Shown piece after piece: positions 19,779 to 30,076 of a stretch of DNA of 64,000 nucleotides; within the stretch, counting starts at the first letter, position 1, and every line of letters starts with the position of its first letter. The DNA lies in the NCBI GenBank assembly GCA_036676395.1, contig JAKFCY010000002.1, positions 832,001 to 896,000 on the forward strand, written 5' to 3'. A program made the position numbers and the translations under genes. This DNA is from Bdellovibrio sp. (GTDB taxonomy: Bacteria > Bdellovibrionota > Bdellovibrionia > Bdellovibrionales > Bdellovibrionaceae). The notes under the pieces were generated by a model. It worked only from the letters and a program-made list of their open reading frames with translations. It did no database searches and had not been told where the DNA came from.

Positions 19779-21080
19779 ATGTTAGCAAAAACTTTAGGTT
19801 TAGTTTTATTCGCTTCAACATTCACCCTGTCTGCTTTTGCAGGTAAGGGTGAAGACATTATAGAAAAGACAAACTTAATAATGACTTCTGAAGAAACTTG
19901 CGCTGGTGTCATCGACAGCCACATGCAGCTTATTGAAGATAGTGAAGAGTACTTTGCTAAAACTTTTGCTATTCCTGCGCATCAGTTAAAGCCTCATGAG
20001 ATCACGGTCATTCAAAAAGTCTTAAAGGTTCGCTTTGACCATTTAATGAAAGTAGTGGCGAAATTTCACTCTGTATCTGATTGTAATCTTCCGAATTTAG
20101 GTAATGTTGTAGCGGTGTATGATTTTAATGTTTTAGCTGAATCAACAATGAAACATTCGTATTCACGCAAAATGCTACATAGCTTTACTAAAGCTGCTGA
20201 TTACGGGATGCGAGATTTTAAAGAGCAGTATAATCATTTTACCAGACTTAAAACCATTGAAGACGTTCGCGGTAGCTTAACCCAGCAAGATTTAGGCTTA
20301 TTACAAATGTTTAATTTAAAAGTAGACCAAGACCAAAACGGCACAAAAATTTCAACAACCGGTGATGCTTTAACGCGCGTCTGGGGCTGGGTTTTAGGTA
20401 AAGGCTTAGTTCGCTCTTGGGGTATGCTTTCTGACAACTTAAAAGTTCGTCACGGTTATTTACGCGATTATCGGTTAGTGCGCGCTACGATTGAAGAATC
20501 ATTAAAGCCGTTAGATTTACTATTTGAACAACGCCGTTTTGTGCTTTCAAATTTAACCATTCCAGGTCACTGGGGGCATACCGCTGTTTGGTTAGGAACA
20601 AAAAAAGAACTACAAGCTTTAGGTTTGTGGGATCGTGAAGACTTCGCCGTATTTAGAAAACAAGTAGAGCTTGGAAAAAATATCGTGCAGATGCGTAAAG
20701 AAGGCGTTGTGTTCAGTTCATTAAAAGAATTTATGAATTTAGACGAAATCGCTGTGATGCGTGTGAATAGCGCCCAGATTAATCCAGCCGCGGTATACCC
20801 ATTAATGGCCGAGCAATTAAATAAAAATTATGATTTTAGTTTTGACTCTACAACACTGGGTAAAATTACTTGTACTGAGTTTGTGAGTTTTTCTTTCGGC
20901 GAAATTACATGGCCTAGCCGCACGCAGATGGGTCGTACTGTGATTGCTCCCGATGATATGGCAAAGCTATCGATCGACAGTGGGCAGGCTCACTTGGTGC
21001 TTTATTTCGGAAGTGATTCAGGTAAAGTTCGCCAAAAAACTGTTAAAGACTGGTTCAATAATTTTAACCCGCAAAAATAA
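19779..21080 (+). CDS. Secreted YiiX/YebB-like permuted NlpC/P60 hydrolase
   Basis: LKPLD, IPGHWGHTAVWLG, YDFSF...CTEFV (His before Cys). Confidence 0.8.
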   Translation: MLAKTLGLVLFASTFTLSAFAGKGEDIIEKTNLIMTSEETCAGVIDSHMQLIEDSEEYFAKTFAIPAHQLKPHEITVIQKVLKVRFDHLMKVVAKFHSVSDCNLPNLGNVVAVYDFNVLAESTMKHSYSRKMLHSFTKAADYGMRDFKEQYNHFTRLKTIEDVRGSLTQQDLGLLQMFNLKVDQDQNGTKISTTGDALTRVWGWVLGKGLVRSWGMLSDNLKVRHGYLRDYRLVRATIEESLKPLDLLFEQRRFVLSNLTIPGHWGHTAVWLGTKKELQALGLWDREDFAVFRKQVELGKNIVQMRKEGVVFSSLKEFMNLDEIAVMRVNSAQINPAAVYPLMAEQLNKNYDFSFDSTTLGKITCTEFVSFSFGEITWPSRTQMGRTVIAPDDMAKLSIDSGQAHLVLYFGSDSGKVRQKTVKDWFNNFNPQK

Positions 21081-21138
21081 ATTGAAACATATTTAAACCT
21101 ATGATTTGGTTCTACCATTACAAATCATAGGGGTAGTT

Positions 21139-21990
21139 ATGCGTCTTGTTGGTTTTTTAACTTTATTGTTTTCGGCACACGTTGCGTTCGCACAAATTGA
21201 ATTCAATGAAACTAAATATGACGAAGGCACATTGTTCGCGCCGGCATTTAATATGTCAAAAATCGATTTCGAATTAACAGATTTGTTAGCCGACAACGGC
21301 ACTTCACAACTGTGTGCGCCGATGGCGATCACGCACGCCTTTGAGTTTTTAAAAAATTACCGCAATCCAGGTTTTGCAAACCTTCCGACGGTTGCAGACC
21401 TTGATAATGATGGCCAAGCCAACACCTTTAAAGACCGCGTTCGCTATTTCTTTCAAACTTGCAGTACTGATCGAAATGAAGGAACCCGCTACCGCCAAGC
21501 GATTGGCTGTATGGATGCATTTATTAAAACCAGTTCGTATCAGTCTTGGGCGTATATGATCGGCCCGCATTCAGTGAGTGCGCCGGTGGGTAGCCCATTA
21601 GATGCGGTTCAACATGTGCTGCGTTTATCTGAAATTAAATATTACGTGGCTCACCAGACTGCTGTTTTGATGGGCATCGGTTGGTATAAGTTTAATCCAG
21701 CCACGCAAATGTATGAGCGCACCGGCGGGCATTTCTTTAATGTTTATGGGTATGCAGCCATGACAGCTTGGGGAGAAGATCAGAGTGATCTTTTCGCCGT
21801 AAACTCATGGATTGATTACCGCAGTCGACCGGCTAATCAGCAATACGACACGATCAAAATCAGCAGCACAAAGTATCTTAATCAGGCGTCTATGCCCGCA
21901 GAAGTTGCCTATGAATTAACAGGTGAGGGGTTTGATTTTGCTGAATATAAAGCCTTTGTCGAAGACATTTTTGTAGCATTTCCTTATTAA
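21139..21990 (+). CDS. Secreted papain-like cysteine peptidase (putative)
   Basis: QLCAP (Cys), GGHFFNVYGY (His), VNSW (Asn) in papain order. Confidence 0.6.
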   Translation: MRLVGFLTLLFSAHVAFAQIEFNETKYDEGTLFAPAFNMSKIDFELTDLLADNGTSQLCAPMAITHAFEFLKNYRNPGFANLPTVADLDNDGQANTFKDRVRYFFQTCSTDRNEGTRYRQAIGCMDAFIKTSSYQSWAYMIGPHSVSAPVGSPLDAVQHVLRLSEIKYYVAHQTAVLMGIGWYKFNPATQMYERTGGHFFNVYGYAAMTAWGEDQSDLFAVNSWIDYRSRPANQQYDTIKISSTKYLNQASMPAEVAYELTGEGFDFAEYKAFVEDIFVAFPY

Positions 21991-21998
21991 TAAATTTC

Positions 21999-22028
21999 TT
22001 GACGAATATGTGTGGCGAGCATTAGATT
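21999..22028 (+). promoter_or_regulatory. Sigma70-type promoter of tRNA-Gly
   Basis: TTGACG-N18-TAGATT about 30 nt before the tRNA. Confidence 0.55.
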
Positions 22029-22060
22029 GTCCCTCACAGCGTTATACGCGTTTAAAAAAC

Positions 22061-22136
22061 GCGGGAGTAGCTCAGTTGATAGAGCGATGCCTTGCCAAGG
22101 CATAGGTCGCGGGTTTGAGTCCCGTCTCCCGCTCCA
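22061..22136 (+). tRNA. tRNA-Gly(GCC)
   Basis: 76-nt cloverleaf: acceptor GCGGGAG/CTCCCGC, anticodon arm ATGCC-TTGCCAA-GGCAT, encoded CCA. Confidence 0.97.
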
Positions 22137-22176
22137 ATTTTTCGATCGAAAAATTGGCTTGTTTACCCTTAAATTT

Positions 22177-22230
22177 TAAATATAAAAAAACCCGATAGAA
22201 ATATCGGGTTTTGTTTTTTGTGGGTTTGAT
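22177..22230 (+). repeat. 54-bp direct repeat, copy 1 (contains the tRNA terminator hairpin)
   Basis: TAAATATAAAAAAACCCGATAGAAATATCGGGTTTTGTTTTTTGTGGGTTTGAT, identical to 24866-24919. Confidence 0.95.
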
Positions 22231-22348
22231 TAGTGGTTTTTTGTCTAATTTTTTTAAAGTATCTGACTCTTTGCAAAAATGGCCAGTAATCTTTACTTCA
22301 ATCGGCAATTTCAAGACAATTCAGTCTTATTCAATTTGGGAGTTAGAT

Positions 22349-24844
22349 ATGAACTTACAAGCAGAAAGAAATATTCCTCACTCAATTATTAAAGCTTGTT
22401 TGCTAAAAATGAGTGATGGTTTTAGGTTCGAAGATTTTGCTAAAGCGATTTTAAATATTACTCAAGGATTAAACTTTGTTCCTGTCGGCGGTATTCATGA
22501 TGGTGGTCAAGATTCATTTGTGTATGAGTCGAGCGACAAGCGTATAGTTTATCAATTTAGTATCAGGAAAGATTGGCGAACTAAAATTAGGAAGACAATT
22601 GAGCGAATTCAAGCCAATCCTCAGTTTAACGGGATTACTTTTTCTGTGATTTATGTCACGAATATTGAAATTGAACAAAGCGAAATAGATACCTTTCAGA
22701 TAAAAATTTTAACCGAAACAGGAGTAAATTGCCTGATTCTCGAAAACTCTAAATTGACTCTAGAAGTTGATAGCTTAGAAGAGACGAGGAAGCAGTTTAT
22801 AGATTTTTGCACCAGATTTGCAGTTTTTCTTGAAGTTGAAAATCAAGTTAAAGATATTTATTCTTCAGATGGACTAGACAACACGCTAGTTTATCTAAAA
22901 CATTTTTCGGAGAGTTCTGGACAAGTTGATTATTTAGAAATTCTAGTAAGCACCCATCTTTTTAATTGTTTGAAAGAAACTGATCCAGACAAAAAACTTT
23001 TCGTTAGCTACAGCAAATGCATTGAGTACATTTGTGGTCAACTTCCCAATCTTTCAAAAGATTTTATTTCTGAAAACGTTCAAAAAATCTTCAAACGTAT
23101 CGAGAAGAAACACAGAGATGATCGTGAGATTAGAGATCATCAAAATGAAGGTTACTGTTTAGCCTATTCAAAGCGTTTGCAAGTTCAGGAATTTATCGCG
23201 CAAGATGCTATTCTCTTCGAAAGATTCACGGCTGAACTTGTTGAACAAATAGCAATTTGTTCAAATGAGGTTATTAAAACAATAGATCCAAAAGTTGTTG
23301 AAGCTATAATCAAGGATGTGCTAGCTGAGGTTTTCCGCAGGCAAGGATTAGAAATTTCGGTCGCAATTCATGATCCAAAAAGTGCATATGTAAATGCAAA
23401 TCTGAAGGAAATTACACAGTCGGTTATCGCAACGAAGTATTCGACTACTTTAAATGCAAAAAAACTTCACATGCCGATTTTCGATATAGTTTATAATATT
23501 TTATGGAGACCAACTTCAATTCAAAAAGAATTTTGTACTTCACTTGCTAAAACTTTCTCTCTATTGTTTTTGGGACGGGCTGATGCGCATGTTGTAAAGC
23601 ACTTAAAGCAATCCGCACGCGGACTTCGTCTTTTGATGGGTACGGATGTTATTATTAAAGTTTTAGCTGAAATTCACTTACCCAATGAGCTACAAAGATT
23701 TACTAATTTAATAAGAAGCTTGAGAGCATCCCAAGTTACTTTATGCGTTTGCGATTCAATCTTAAGAGAAACGGCAGCGCATATTCGCTCCTCTATCAAT
23801 TGGTATCGTGAACATATTCAGCCTTCAGTTAAGGATGCAGAATCTGACCCTGCGCTACGGGAAGTGCTTGATTTTGAGGAAAGATTCTCCGGAAAAATTT
23901 TGATTCGGGCTCACTATCACGCGAAGAATGACGGTAAGGTAAAAACTTTTGAAGAATTTATCGAAAATTTCGTCGGCCCAAATCAAAATCACTTCTATAA
24001 AGATATTTTTGATTATCTTAGAGCTGAATTTGGAGTTGAGCAGGTAAATCAAAAAATAGCGGAAGAAGATAGGGATTTTCAGTTTGTTTTTAGTGAATTA
24101 ATGAAAGTAAATGGACGTGCATTAACAGAACACGCAAAAAGAATTATCATTGAAACAGACGCTAAAACTATCATGTGTACCTATCATCTTAGAAAAGATT
24201 ATCCAATTGGTCAAAATTTAGACTTTATTTTGCCAGAAAAAGTATGGTGGCTTACATTTGAATCTAAGATTTCAAAAGTTTATGGGAAGCTAGAAGAACG
24301 CTTCGGGAATTTACCAAATATCAACCCGGTTGTTATTGTAAGTTTGCTTGCCAATTTAGATGTTTTAACTTCGAAAAGCACTTTTGATTCAGTTTTGGGA
24401 ACGGCAATCGGGATTAATATGTCTCACACCGTACCAGACGAAATTGTGGAAATGCTAAATACGACGTATCAATCGGTAAAGACTATGAACAAGGGTAAAA
24501 AAGCTCAACTAATGAGACGGATATTCGAGAATCTGCAGGCAGGGGATTTCGATAAAGTGACTCATTATTTTGAGGACTACTTTTCTCAAGTGAAAAAGGA
24601 GCAAGGCCGCATCGAAGAAATTCATGCTAATATGAAGGGGAATATGGACCCAAAAGAAATTTGGAAGGCAGTTTCCTTAGTTGAAAGCAATCCAATTAAG
24701 CGCGTGATTTTGTTTAAAGAGGTTACTGAAGAGTCTTTTCCTAGAACACTAGCAATCTTGAAAGATGTTGGGTTGAGTGACGAAGTACAAGCATTTCTTG
24801 ATAATCATGGACAAAACGCATTATCCAAAATTCCAGACGTTTAA
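22349..24844 (+). CDS. 831-aa protein with N-terminal restriction-endonuclease-like domain and C-terminal PIN-like domain; candidate defence protein
   Basis: FEDF...GGIHDGGQD...YQFS N-terminal pattern; LLMGTDVII / SILRET..H / ETDAK / WWLTFE PIN-like pattern. SD GGGAG before ATG 22349. Confidence 0.6.
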   Translation: MNLQAERNIPHSIIKACLLKMSDGFRFEDFAKAILNITQGLNFVPVGGIHDGGQDSFVYESSDKRIVYQFSIRKDWRTKIRKTIERIQANPQFNGITFSVIYVTNIEIEQSEIDTFQIKILTETGVNCLILENSKLTLEVDSLEETRKQFIDFCTRFAVFLEVENQVKDIYSSDGLDNTLVYLKHFSESSGQVDYLEILVSTHLFNCLKETDPDKKLFVSYSKCIEYICGQLPNLSKDFISENVQKIFKRIEKKHRDDREIRDHQNEGYCLAYSKRLQVQEFIAQDAILFERFTAELVEQIAICSNEVIKTIDPKVVEAIIKDVLAEVFRRQGLEISVAIHDPKSAYVNANLKEITQSVIATKYSTTLNAKKLHMPIFDIVYNILWRPTSIQKEFCTSLAKTFSLLFLGRADAHVVKHLKQSARGLRLLMGTDVIIKVLAEIHLPNELQRFTNLIRSLRASQVTLCVCDSILRETAAHIRSSINWYREHIQPSVKDAESDPALREVLDFEERFSGKILIRAHYHAKNDGKVKTFEEFIENFVGPNQNHFYKDIFDYLRAEFGVEQVNQKIAEEDRDFQFVFSELMKVNGRALTEHAKRIIIETDAKTIMCTYHLRKDYPIGQNLDFILPEKVWWLTFESKISKVYGKLEERFGNLPNINPVVIVSLLANLDVLTSKSTFDSVLGTAIGINMSHTVPDEIVEMLNTTYQSVKTMNKGKKAQLMRRIFENLQAGDFDKVTHYFEDYFSQVKKEQGRIEEIHANMKGNMDPKEIWKAVSLVESNPIKRVILFKEVTEESFPRTLAILKDVGLSDEVQAFLDNHGQNALSKIPDV

Positions 24845-24865
24845 TGGGGGCTAGGTCTAAATGCA

Positions 24866-24919
24866 TAAATATAAAAAAACCCGATAGAAATATCGGGTTT
24901 TGTTTTTTGTGGGTTTGAT
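24866..24919 (+). repeat. 54-bp direct repeat, copy 2
   Basis: Identical to 22177-22230. Confidence 0.95.
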
Positions 24920-24938
24920 AAAGAAATCTTATCAGCAA

Positions 24939-25436
24939 TTATTTAAAAATTTCGATCACGTATCCAACTGTTGTACTGTTAGCTCTCAACATTTTGTAGG
25001 CAGCTTGTTCAAATATTTGATCGCCTTCAGGATTTTCAGGGATATTAGAAAGCATTTCGTTTGAAATTTTTGATACTGAATCTGAATGAACCTTAGCTCC
25101 GGCTTTTAGCTCAGCTGAACGTTTTTCAACTGGTATTTTTACTATAATGCATGCCGCTTCTGTAAGTAAAAGCGCCATATCATCAGGGCTGGTTTTTGCG
25201 GCTTCGGCATTGTCATTTAAAACGGTTTGTAACTCTTTTTTAAGAGCTCTACCTAATTGAATTACAGGAATAAGATCTCCGTCTGTCTGCATATCATAGC
25301 GGTCTACAGCTGCGACAAGGATCGCATCAGCTTCTTCTGGCTTGCATGTAATCGGCGTATCATTGATATCTTTTTGCGCGAAAGCTGAAGTTGTAGTTAC
25401 TAAGATAGACGCCATTAAAATAATTAGTGTTTTCAT
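24939..25436 (-). CDS. Secreted hypothetical protein
   Basis: MKTLIILMAS...AFA signal peptide, helical body. Confidence 0.6.
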   Translation of the reverse strand: MKTLIILMASILVTTTSAFAQKDINDTPITCKPEEADAILVAAVDRYDMQTDGDLIPVIQLGRALKKELQTVLNDNAEAAKTSPDDMALLLTEAACIIVKIPVEKRSAELKAGAKVHSDSVSKISNEMLSNIPENPEGDQIFEQAAYKMLRANSTTVGYVIEIFK

Positions 25437-25562
25437 ACATTGGGTAAATGCACTGGACATACCAAAACACAAAGTGTCTCAGGGTAAATATATTTGATTT
25501 CAGGCTGTCTAAAATTTTGAAAAGGCGCAAAATTGGTAGGCGCCTCAGGTTGAGATTCAGGC

Positions 25563-25582
25563 TTTTTACATCTTTTTTACGC
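25563..25582 (+). promoter_or_regulatory. Probable KdpE binding site
   Basis: TTTTTACATCTTTTTTACGC upstream of kdpF resembles the T-rich tandem TTTAC/TTTATAC KdpE operator. Confidence 0.55.
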
Positions 25583-25632
25583 GATTCAGCCGTAACCTCG
25601 ATTCTACAAGATTCAGCTTTGGAGGTTTTTAT

Positions 25633-25716
25633 ATGGAATTTGTCATTGCAGGGCTAATTGGTACCGCAGTCCTAGCGTATTTAACTTATGCTCTTTTTAA
25701 TCCGGAAAAGTTTTGA
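25633..25716 (+). CDS. kdpF: K+-transporting ATPase subunit F (27 aa)
   Basis: MEFVIAGLIGTAVLAYLTYALFNPEKF with GGAGG SD, YL.YAL..PEKF signature, immediately before kdpA. Confidence 0.92.
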   Translation: MEFVIAGLIGTAVLAYLTYALFNPEKF

Positions 25717-25724
25717 GGGCTTAT

Positions 25725-27416
25725 ATGCATATTAATGATTATCTTCAATTTATTATTTTTATTGTTCTTCTAATCGCCATTACACCACTACTTGGTCGTT
25801 ATATGGCCAAAGTTTTTACCGGCGAAAAAACTTTTATGCATAAAGCTTTGGGTTGGTTAGAAAACTTAACCTATAAGGCTTCAGGCATTCATCCCACTGA
25901 AGACATGAGCTGGAAAAGTTATGCCGCAGCTTTTATGATATTTCATATTTTAGCCATCATTGTTTTGATGCTTATTCAGATGAACCAAGCTTGGCTTCCG
26001 CTTAACCCGCAAAATCTACCTAACGTGGTTTGGCATTCAGCCTTAAATACTGCTGTAAGCTTTGTGACTAATACAAACTGGCAAGGTTATTCAGGTGAAG
26101 TGACTATGAGTAGCTTCACGCAAATGGTTGGCCTTACAGTACAAAACTTTTTAAGTGCAGCCTGTGGTATCGCCATCGCGGTGGTGTTGACTCGCGGAAT
26201 CGCGCGAAAAAATGCAAAAGCAATCGGAAATTTCTGGGTCGATACAACACGCGCAACAATCTATGTGTTATTGCCGATTTGTGTGGTGTTTACTTTATTT
26301 TTGGTTGGCCAAGGTGTGGTGCAAACGTTTGCTCCGTATGTTGAAGCCGTTACCCTTGAGGGCGTAAAACAACTAATTCCATTAGGACCAGCGGCCTCAC
26401 AAGTGGCGATTAAAATGCTTGGCACAAATGGTGGCGGATTTTTTAACGCCAATGCATCTCATCCATTTGAAAATCCCACTGCATTATCAAATTTTTTTCA
26501 AATGCTTTCGATTTTTTCAATCGGTGCAGCGCTAACTTATATGTACGGTTCAGTGACCGGAGCACGTAAACATGGCTGGGTGATTTTTGGTACCATGTTA
26601 ACTTTATTTATTACATTCACCAGTATTTCGTTAGCTTCTGAATTCACTGCAAACCCTGTGTTTAACCAATCAGGAATTATGGAAGGTAAAGAAGCCCGCT
26701 TTGGTGTTTTTAACAGTGTGTTTTTTTCTTCTGTGACAACATCAGCATCTTGTGGCGCTGTAAACGCGATGCACTCGTCGTTATCTCCGTTATCAGGCGG
26801 TGTCGCGATGGTGAACATGATGTTAGGAGAAATTATTTTCGGTGGTGTCGGTGCAGGTTTTTACGGCATGATGCTTTTTGTGCTGATGACTGTGTTTATC
26901 GCAGGCCTGATGGTCGGACGCACGCCAGAGTATTTAGGTAAAAAAATCGAAGCTAAAGAAATGACGATGGTGATCTTAGCTATTCTTGCACCTTGTGCGG
27001 CAGTTTTAATTGGAACAGGAATTTCTGCAATTTCTCCTGTGGGATTATCAAGTTTAGCTAACAAGGGCCCGCATGGTTTATCAGAAATGCTTTACGCCTA
27101 CACTTCAGCAGCTGCTAACAATGGCAGTGCGTTTGCGGGATTAAATGCGAACACGTTATTTTATAATCTAATGTTGGCGGTCGCGATGTTTGTCGGACGC
27201 TTTGCGATTATTATTCCGATTTTGGCTATAGCCGGAAGTCTAGTGCAGAAAAAATATTCGCCACCTTCAACAGGAACTTTTGAAACTGGCACGACATTGT
27301 TTGCGTTGTTACTGATCGGTGTCATTTTAATTGTAGGTGCATTAACATTTTTACCAGCCCTTTCGCTTGGACCAATTGTCGAACACTTAATGATGATTAA
27401 AGGCCAAACTTTTTAA
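25725..27416 (+). CDS. kdpA: K+-transporting ATPase subunit A
   Basis: [31 protein letters not shown]. Confidence 0.98.
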   Translation: MHINDYLQFIIFIVLLIAITPLLGRYMAKVFTGEKTFMHKALGWLENLTYKASGIHPTEDMSWKSYAAAFMIFHILAIIVLMLIQMNQAWLPLNPQNLPNVVWHSALNTAVSFVTNTNWQGYSGEVTMSSFTQMVGLTVQNFLSAACGIAIAVVLTRGIARKNAKAIGNFWVDTTRATIYVLLPICVVFTLFLVGQGVVQTFAPYVEAVTLEGVKQLIPLGPAASQVAIKMLGTNGGGFFNANASHPFENPTALSNFFQMLSIFSIGAALTYMYGSVTGARKHGWVIFGTMLTLFITFTSISLASEFTANPVFNQSGIMEGKEARFGVFNSVFFSSVTTSASCGAVNAMHSSLSPLSGGVAMVNMMLGEIIFGGVGAGFYGMMLFVLMTVFIAGLMVGRTPEYLGKKIEAKEMTMVILAILAPCAAVLIGTGISAISPVGLSSLANKGPHGLSEMLYAYTSAAANNGSAFAGLNANTLFYNLMLAVAMFVGRFAIIIPILAIAGSLVQKKYSPPSTGTFETGTTLFALLLIGVILIVGALTFLPALSLGPIVEHLMMIKGQTF

Positions 27417-27427
27417 AGGAAGATGAT

Positions 27428-29491
27428 ATGTTTGAAAAAAAATTAATTGGCCCAGCTATAAAAGAATCATTTTTAAAGCTTGATCCGCGTGTGCAAATGA
27501 AAAATCCAGTGATGTTTGTCACCCTAATAGGGGCGGTCATCACAACTTGTTATGTGATCTTTGGCATAGGCTATGGTTCAAAGATTTTTGAATTTCAAAT
27601 CTCTTTGTGGTTATGGTTTACTGTGCTATTTGCAAACTTTGCTGAAGCCGTGGCCGAAGGCCGAGGTAAAGCGCAGGCTGAAAGTTTGAAAAAAACCAGA
27701 ACGCAAACGGTGGCGCGATTATTAACCGGAAAAGCAGAATCTAAAATCAGTGCTGCTGAGCTTAGAAAAGGATATCTCGTCATCTGTGAAACAGGTGATA
27801 TTATTCCAGGTGACGGCGAAGTCGTTGAAGGCATCGCGAGCGTAGATGAATCAGCTATTACTGGTGAATCAGCTCCTGTGATTCGTGAGTCGGGTGGTGA
27901 TCGCAGCGCGGTTACGGGTGGAACACGTGTGATTAGTGACCGCATCGTGATTCGTATTACGGCAGAACCAGGAAATAGTTTTTTAGATAGAATGATTGCG
28001 TTAGTTGAAGGAGCGAAACGTCAAAAAACTCCGAACGAAATTGCTTTGAGTATTGTGTTAGCCGGGATGACAATTATTTTTGTCTTAGCGGTTATGACTT
28101 TAAAACCATTTGCAGATTATAGTGCAAATGCCGCAGGCCAAGATTTAGCGATGATTGTAACTGTACCAGTGTTAATTGCGTTACTAGTGTGTTTAATTCC
28201 GACAACGATTGGTGGTTTGTTAAGTGCCATCGGTATCAGCGGGATGGATAGATTAATTCGCCGTAACGTAATTGCAACAAGTGGGCGCGCCGTCGAAGCA
28301 GCGGGTGATATTGATGTGTTGTTATTAGATAAAACCGGAACAATCACTTTGGGTAATCGTATGGCCACAGCATTTTGGCCAGTCAAAGGTGTAACGCCTG
28401 AAGCACTTGCGCAGGCTGCGCAGTTGGCTTCACTTGCTGATGAAACTCCTGAAGGCCGATCGATTGTTGTACTAGCTAAAGAAAAATTTTCGATGCGTGC
28501 TGAAACTGTACAGCCGCATCAAGCGCAGTTTGTTGCGTTCTCGGCAAACACGCGCATGAGCGGAATTGATTTTGAAAGTTCAACGGGTAAAAAAAGTATC
28601 CGTAAAGGTGCAGGTGATTCGATAAAAGACTATGTTAAAAATAAAGGCGGCCTGATTCCTAAAGAATTAGACGGCATCATTGATGATATTGCTAAAAAAG
28701 GTGGAACACCTTTGGCTGTTGTCGACGGCAAAGAAATTTTAGGCGTCGTGCAATTAAAAGATGTCGTTAAGGGTGGTATCAGTGAACGTTTCGCTGAACT
28801 TAGAAAAATGGGCATTCGCACTGTGATGGTGACGGGAGATAATCCACTCACAGCAGCGGCGATTGCTGCTGAAGCCGGGGTTGATGATTTTATGGCACAA
28901 GCTACACCTGAAACAAAATTAAAACGTATTCGTGAAGAGCAAGCAAAAGGGCATTTAGTCGCAATGACTGGTGATGGAACAAATGATGCTCCAGCCTTAG
29001 CACAAGCCGATGTAGGGGTAGCGATGAATACCGGAACTCAAGCGGCTCGCGAAGCGGGAAATATGGTTGATTTAGACAGTAATCCAACCAAGCTGATTGA
29101 AATTGTTGAAATTGGTAAACAGCTCTTAATGACTCGTGGGTCGCTGACTACTTTTAGTATTGCCAATGACGTTGCAAAGTACTTTGCTATTTTACCAGCA
29201 CTATTTAGCACGCTTTATCTTATTCAAGGCACGAAAGAAGGTCCACTGGCTGTGCTAAATATTATGGGCTTGGTCTCGCCGCAAAGTGCGATTTTAAGTG
29301 CGGTGATATTTAATGCCTTAGTGATTGTGGCGTTAATTCCGTTAGCTTTAAAAGGTGTGCCTTACCGAGCTGAAGGATCATCAGCCGTGCTAAAACGTAA
29401 TTTACTAATTTACGGTTTGGGGGGAGTCATCGTGCCATTTATTGGAATTAAAGTGATCGATGTTCTGATCACATCTCTGGGTTTAATTTAA
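27428..29491 (+). CDS. kdpB: K+-transporting ATPase subunit B
   Basis: [21 protein letters not shown]. Confidence 0.98.
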   Translation: MFEKKLIGPAIKESFLKLDPRVQMKNPVMFVTLIGAVITTCYVIFGIGYGSKIFEFQISLWLWFTVLFANFAEAVAEGRGKAQAESLKKTRTQTVARLLTGKAESKISAAELRKGYLVICETGDIIPGDGEVVEGIASVDESAITGESAPVIRESGGDRSAVTGGTRVISDRIVIRITAEPGNSFLDRMIALVEGAKRQKTPNEIALSIVLAGMTIIFVLAVMTLKPFADYSANAAGQDLAMIVTVPVLIALLVCLIPTTIGGLLSAIGISGMDRLIRRNVIATSGRAVEAAGDIDVLLLDKTGTITLGNRMATAFWPVKGVTPEALAQAAQLASLADETPEGRSIVVLAKEKFSMRAETVQPHQAQFVAFSANTRMSGIDFESSTGKKSIRKGAGDSIKDYVKNKGGLIPKELDGIIDDIAKKGGTPLAVVDGKEILGVVQLKDVVKGGISERFAELRKMGIRTVMVTGDNPLTAAAIAAEAGVDDFMAQATPETKLKRIREEQAKGHLVAMTGDGTNDAPALAQADVGVAMNTGTQAAREAGNMVDLDSNPTKLIEIVEIGKQLLMTRGSLTTFSIANDVAKYFAILPALFSTLYLIQGTKEGPLAVLNIMGLVSPQSAILSAVIFNALVIVALIPLALKGVPYRAEGSSAVLKRNLLIYGLGGVIVPFIGIKVIDVLITSLGLI

Positions 29492-29508
29492 AAGATAAAG
29501 GATTTTTT

Positions 29509-30072
29509 ATGAAATACTTAATACCGGCCTTGCGATTTAAAATTTTTATGACAGTGCTTTTAGGATTAATTTATCCCTTTACCATGACTGGAATTTCACA
29601 AATGATTTTTCCAACACAAGCTAACGGTAATTTTATCAGCCGTGATGGCCAAATTATAGGATCAAAATTGATCGGGCAGAATTTTGAAAAGCCTGAATAC
29701 TTTTGGCCACGTCCATCGGCGATTAGTTATAATCCCCAACCTTCTGGGGGATCAAATCTAGGCCAGGCAAATAGCGCGTTAAAACAAACGGTCGACGAAC
29801 GCCGCGCAAAATTAAAAGCTGCCCATGCTGAGCAAACCAAAGAGCCACCACAGGATTTACTATTTGCTTCGGCTAGCGGACTTGATCCGCACATTAGCTT
29901 TGAAGCTGCGATTTACCAGCTACAACGCGTGGCTGAAGCGCGCGCTTTAGATCCAGTGCAAGTGCAAAAAATGATTGATGACGTGACTGAAAGCCGCCAA
30001 TTCGGTATTCTTGGCGAGAAAACTGTGAATGTGTTGAAGTTAAATTTGGCTTTGGATAAAGCCAAGGAGTAA
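29509..30072 (+). CDS. kdpC: K+-transporting ATPase subunit C
   Basis: GSKLIGQ.F, SASGLDPHIS, VNVL.LNLALD. Confidence 0.97.
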   Translation: MKYLIPALRFKIFMTVLLGLIYPFTMTGISQMIFPTQANGNFISRDGQIIGSKLIGQNFEKPEYFWPRPSAISYNPQPSGGSNLGQANSALKQTVDERRAKLKAAHAEQTKEPPQDLLFASASGLDPHISFEAAIYQLQRVAEARALDPVQVQKMIDDVTESRQFGILGEKTVNVLKLNLALDKAKE

Positions 30073-30076
30073 TTTT

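Noticed and set aside
22072..22314. 80-aa minus-strand ORF (ERETGLKPATYALARHRS)
   Set aside because: It is the antisense translation of the tRNA-Gly gene and terminator.
22211..22348. N-terminal extension of the 877-aa ORF
   Set aside because: It starts inside the terminator repeat; ATG 22349 has a proper SD.
22061..25500. Classical tRNA-integrated prophage or ICE
   Set aside because: No integrase, no phage genes, and no duplicated tRNA 3' end found in the window.
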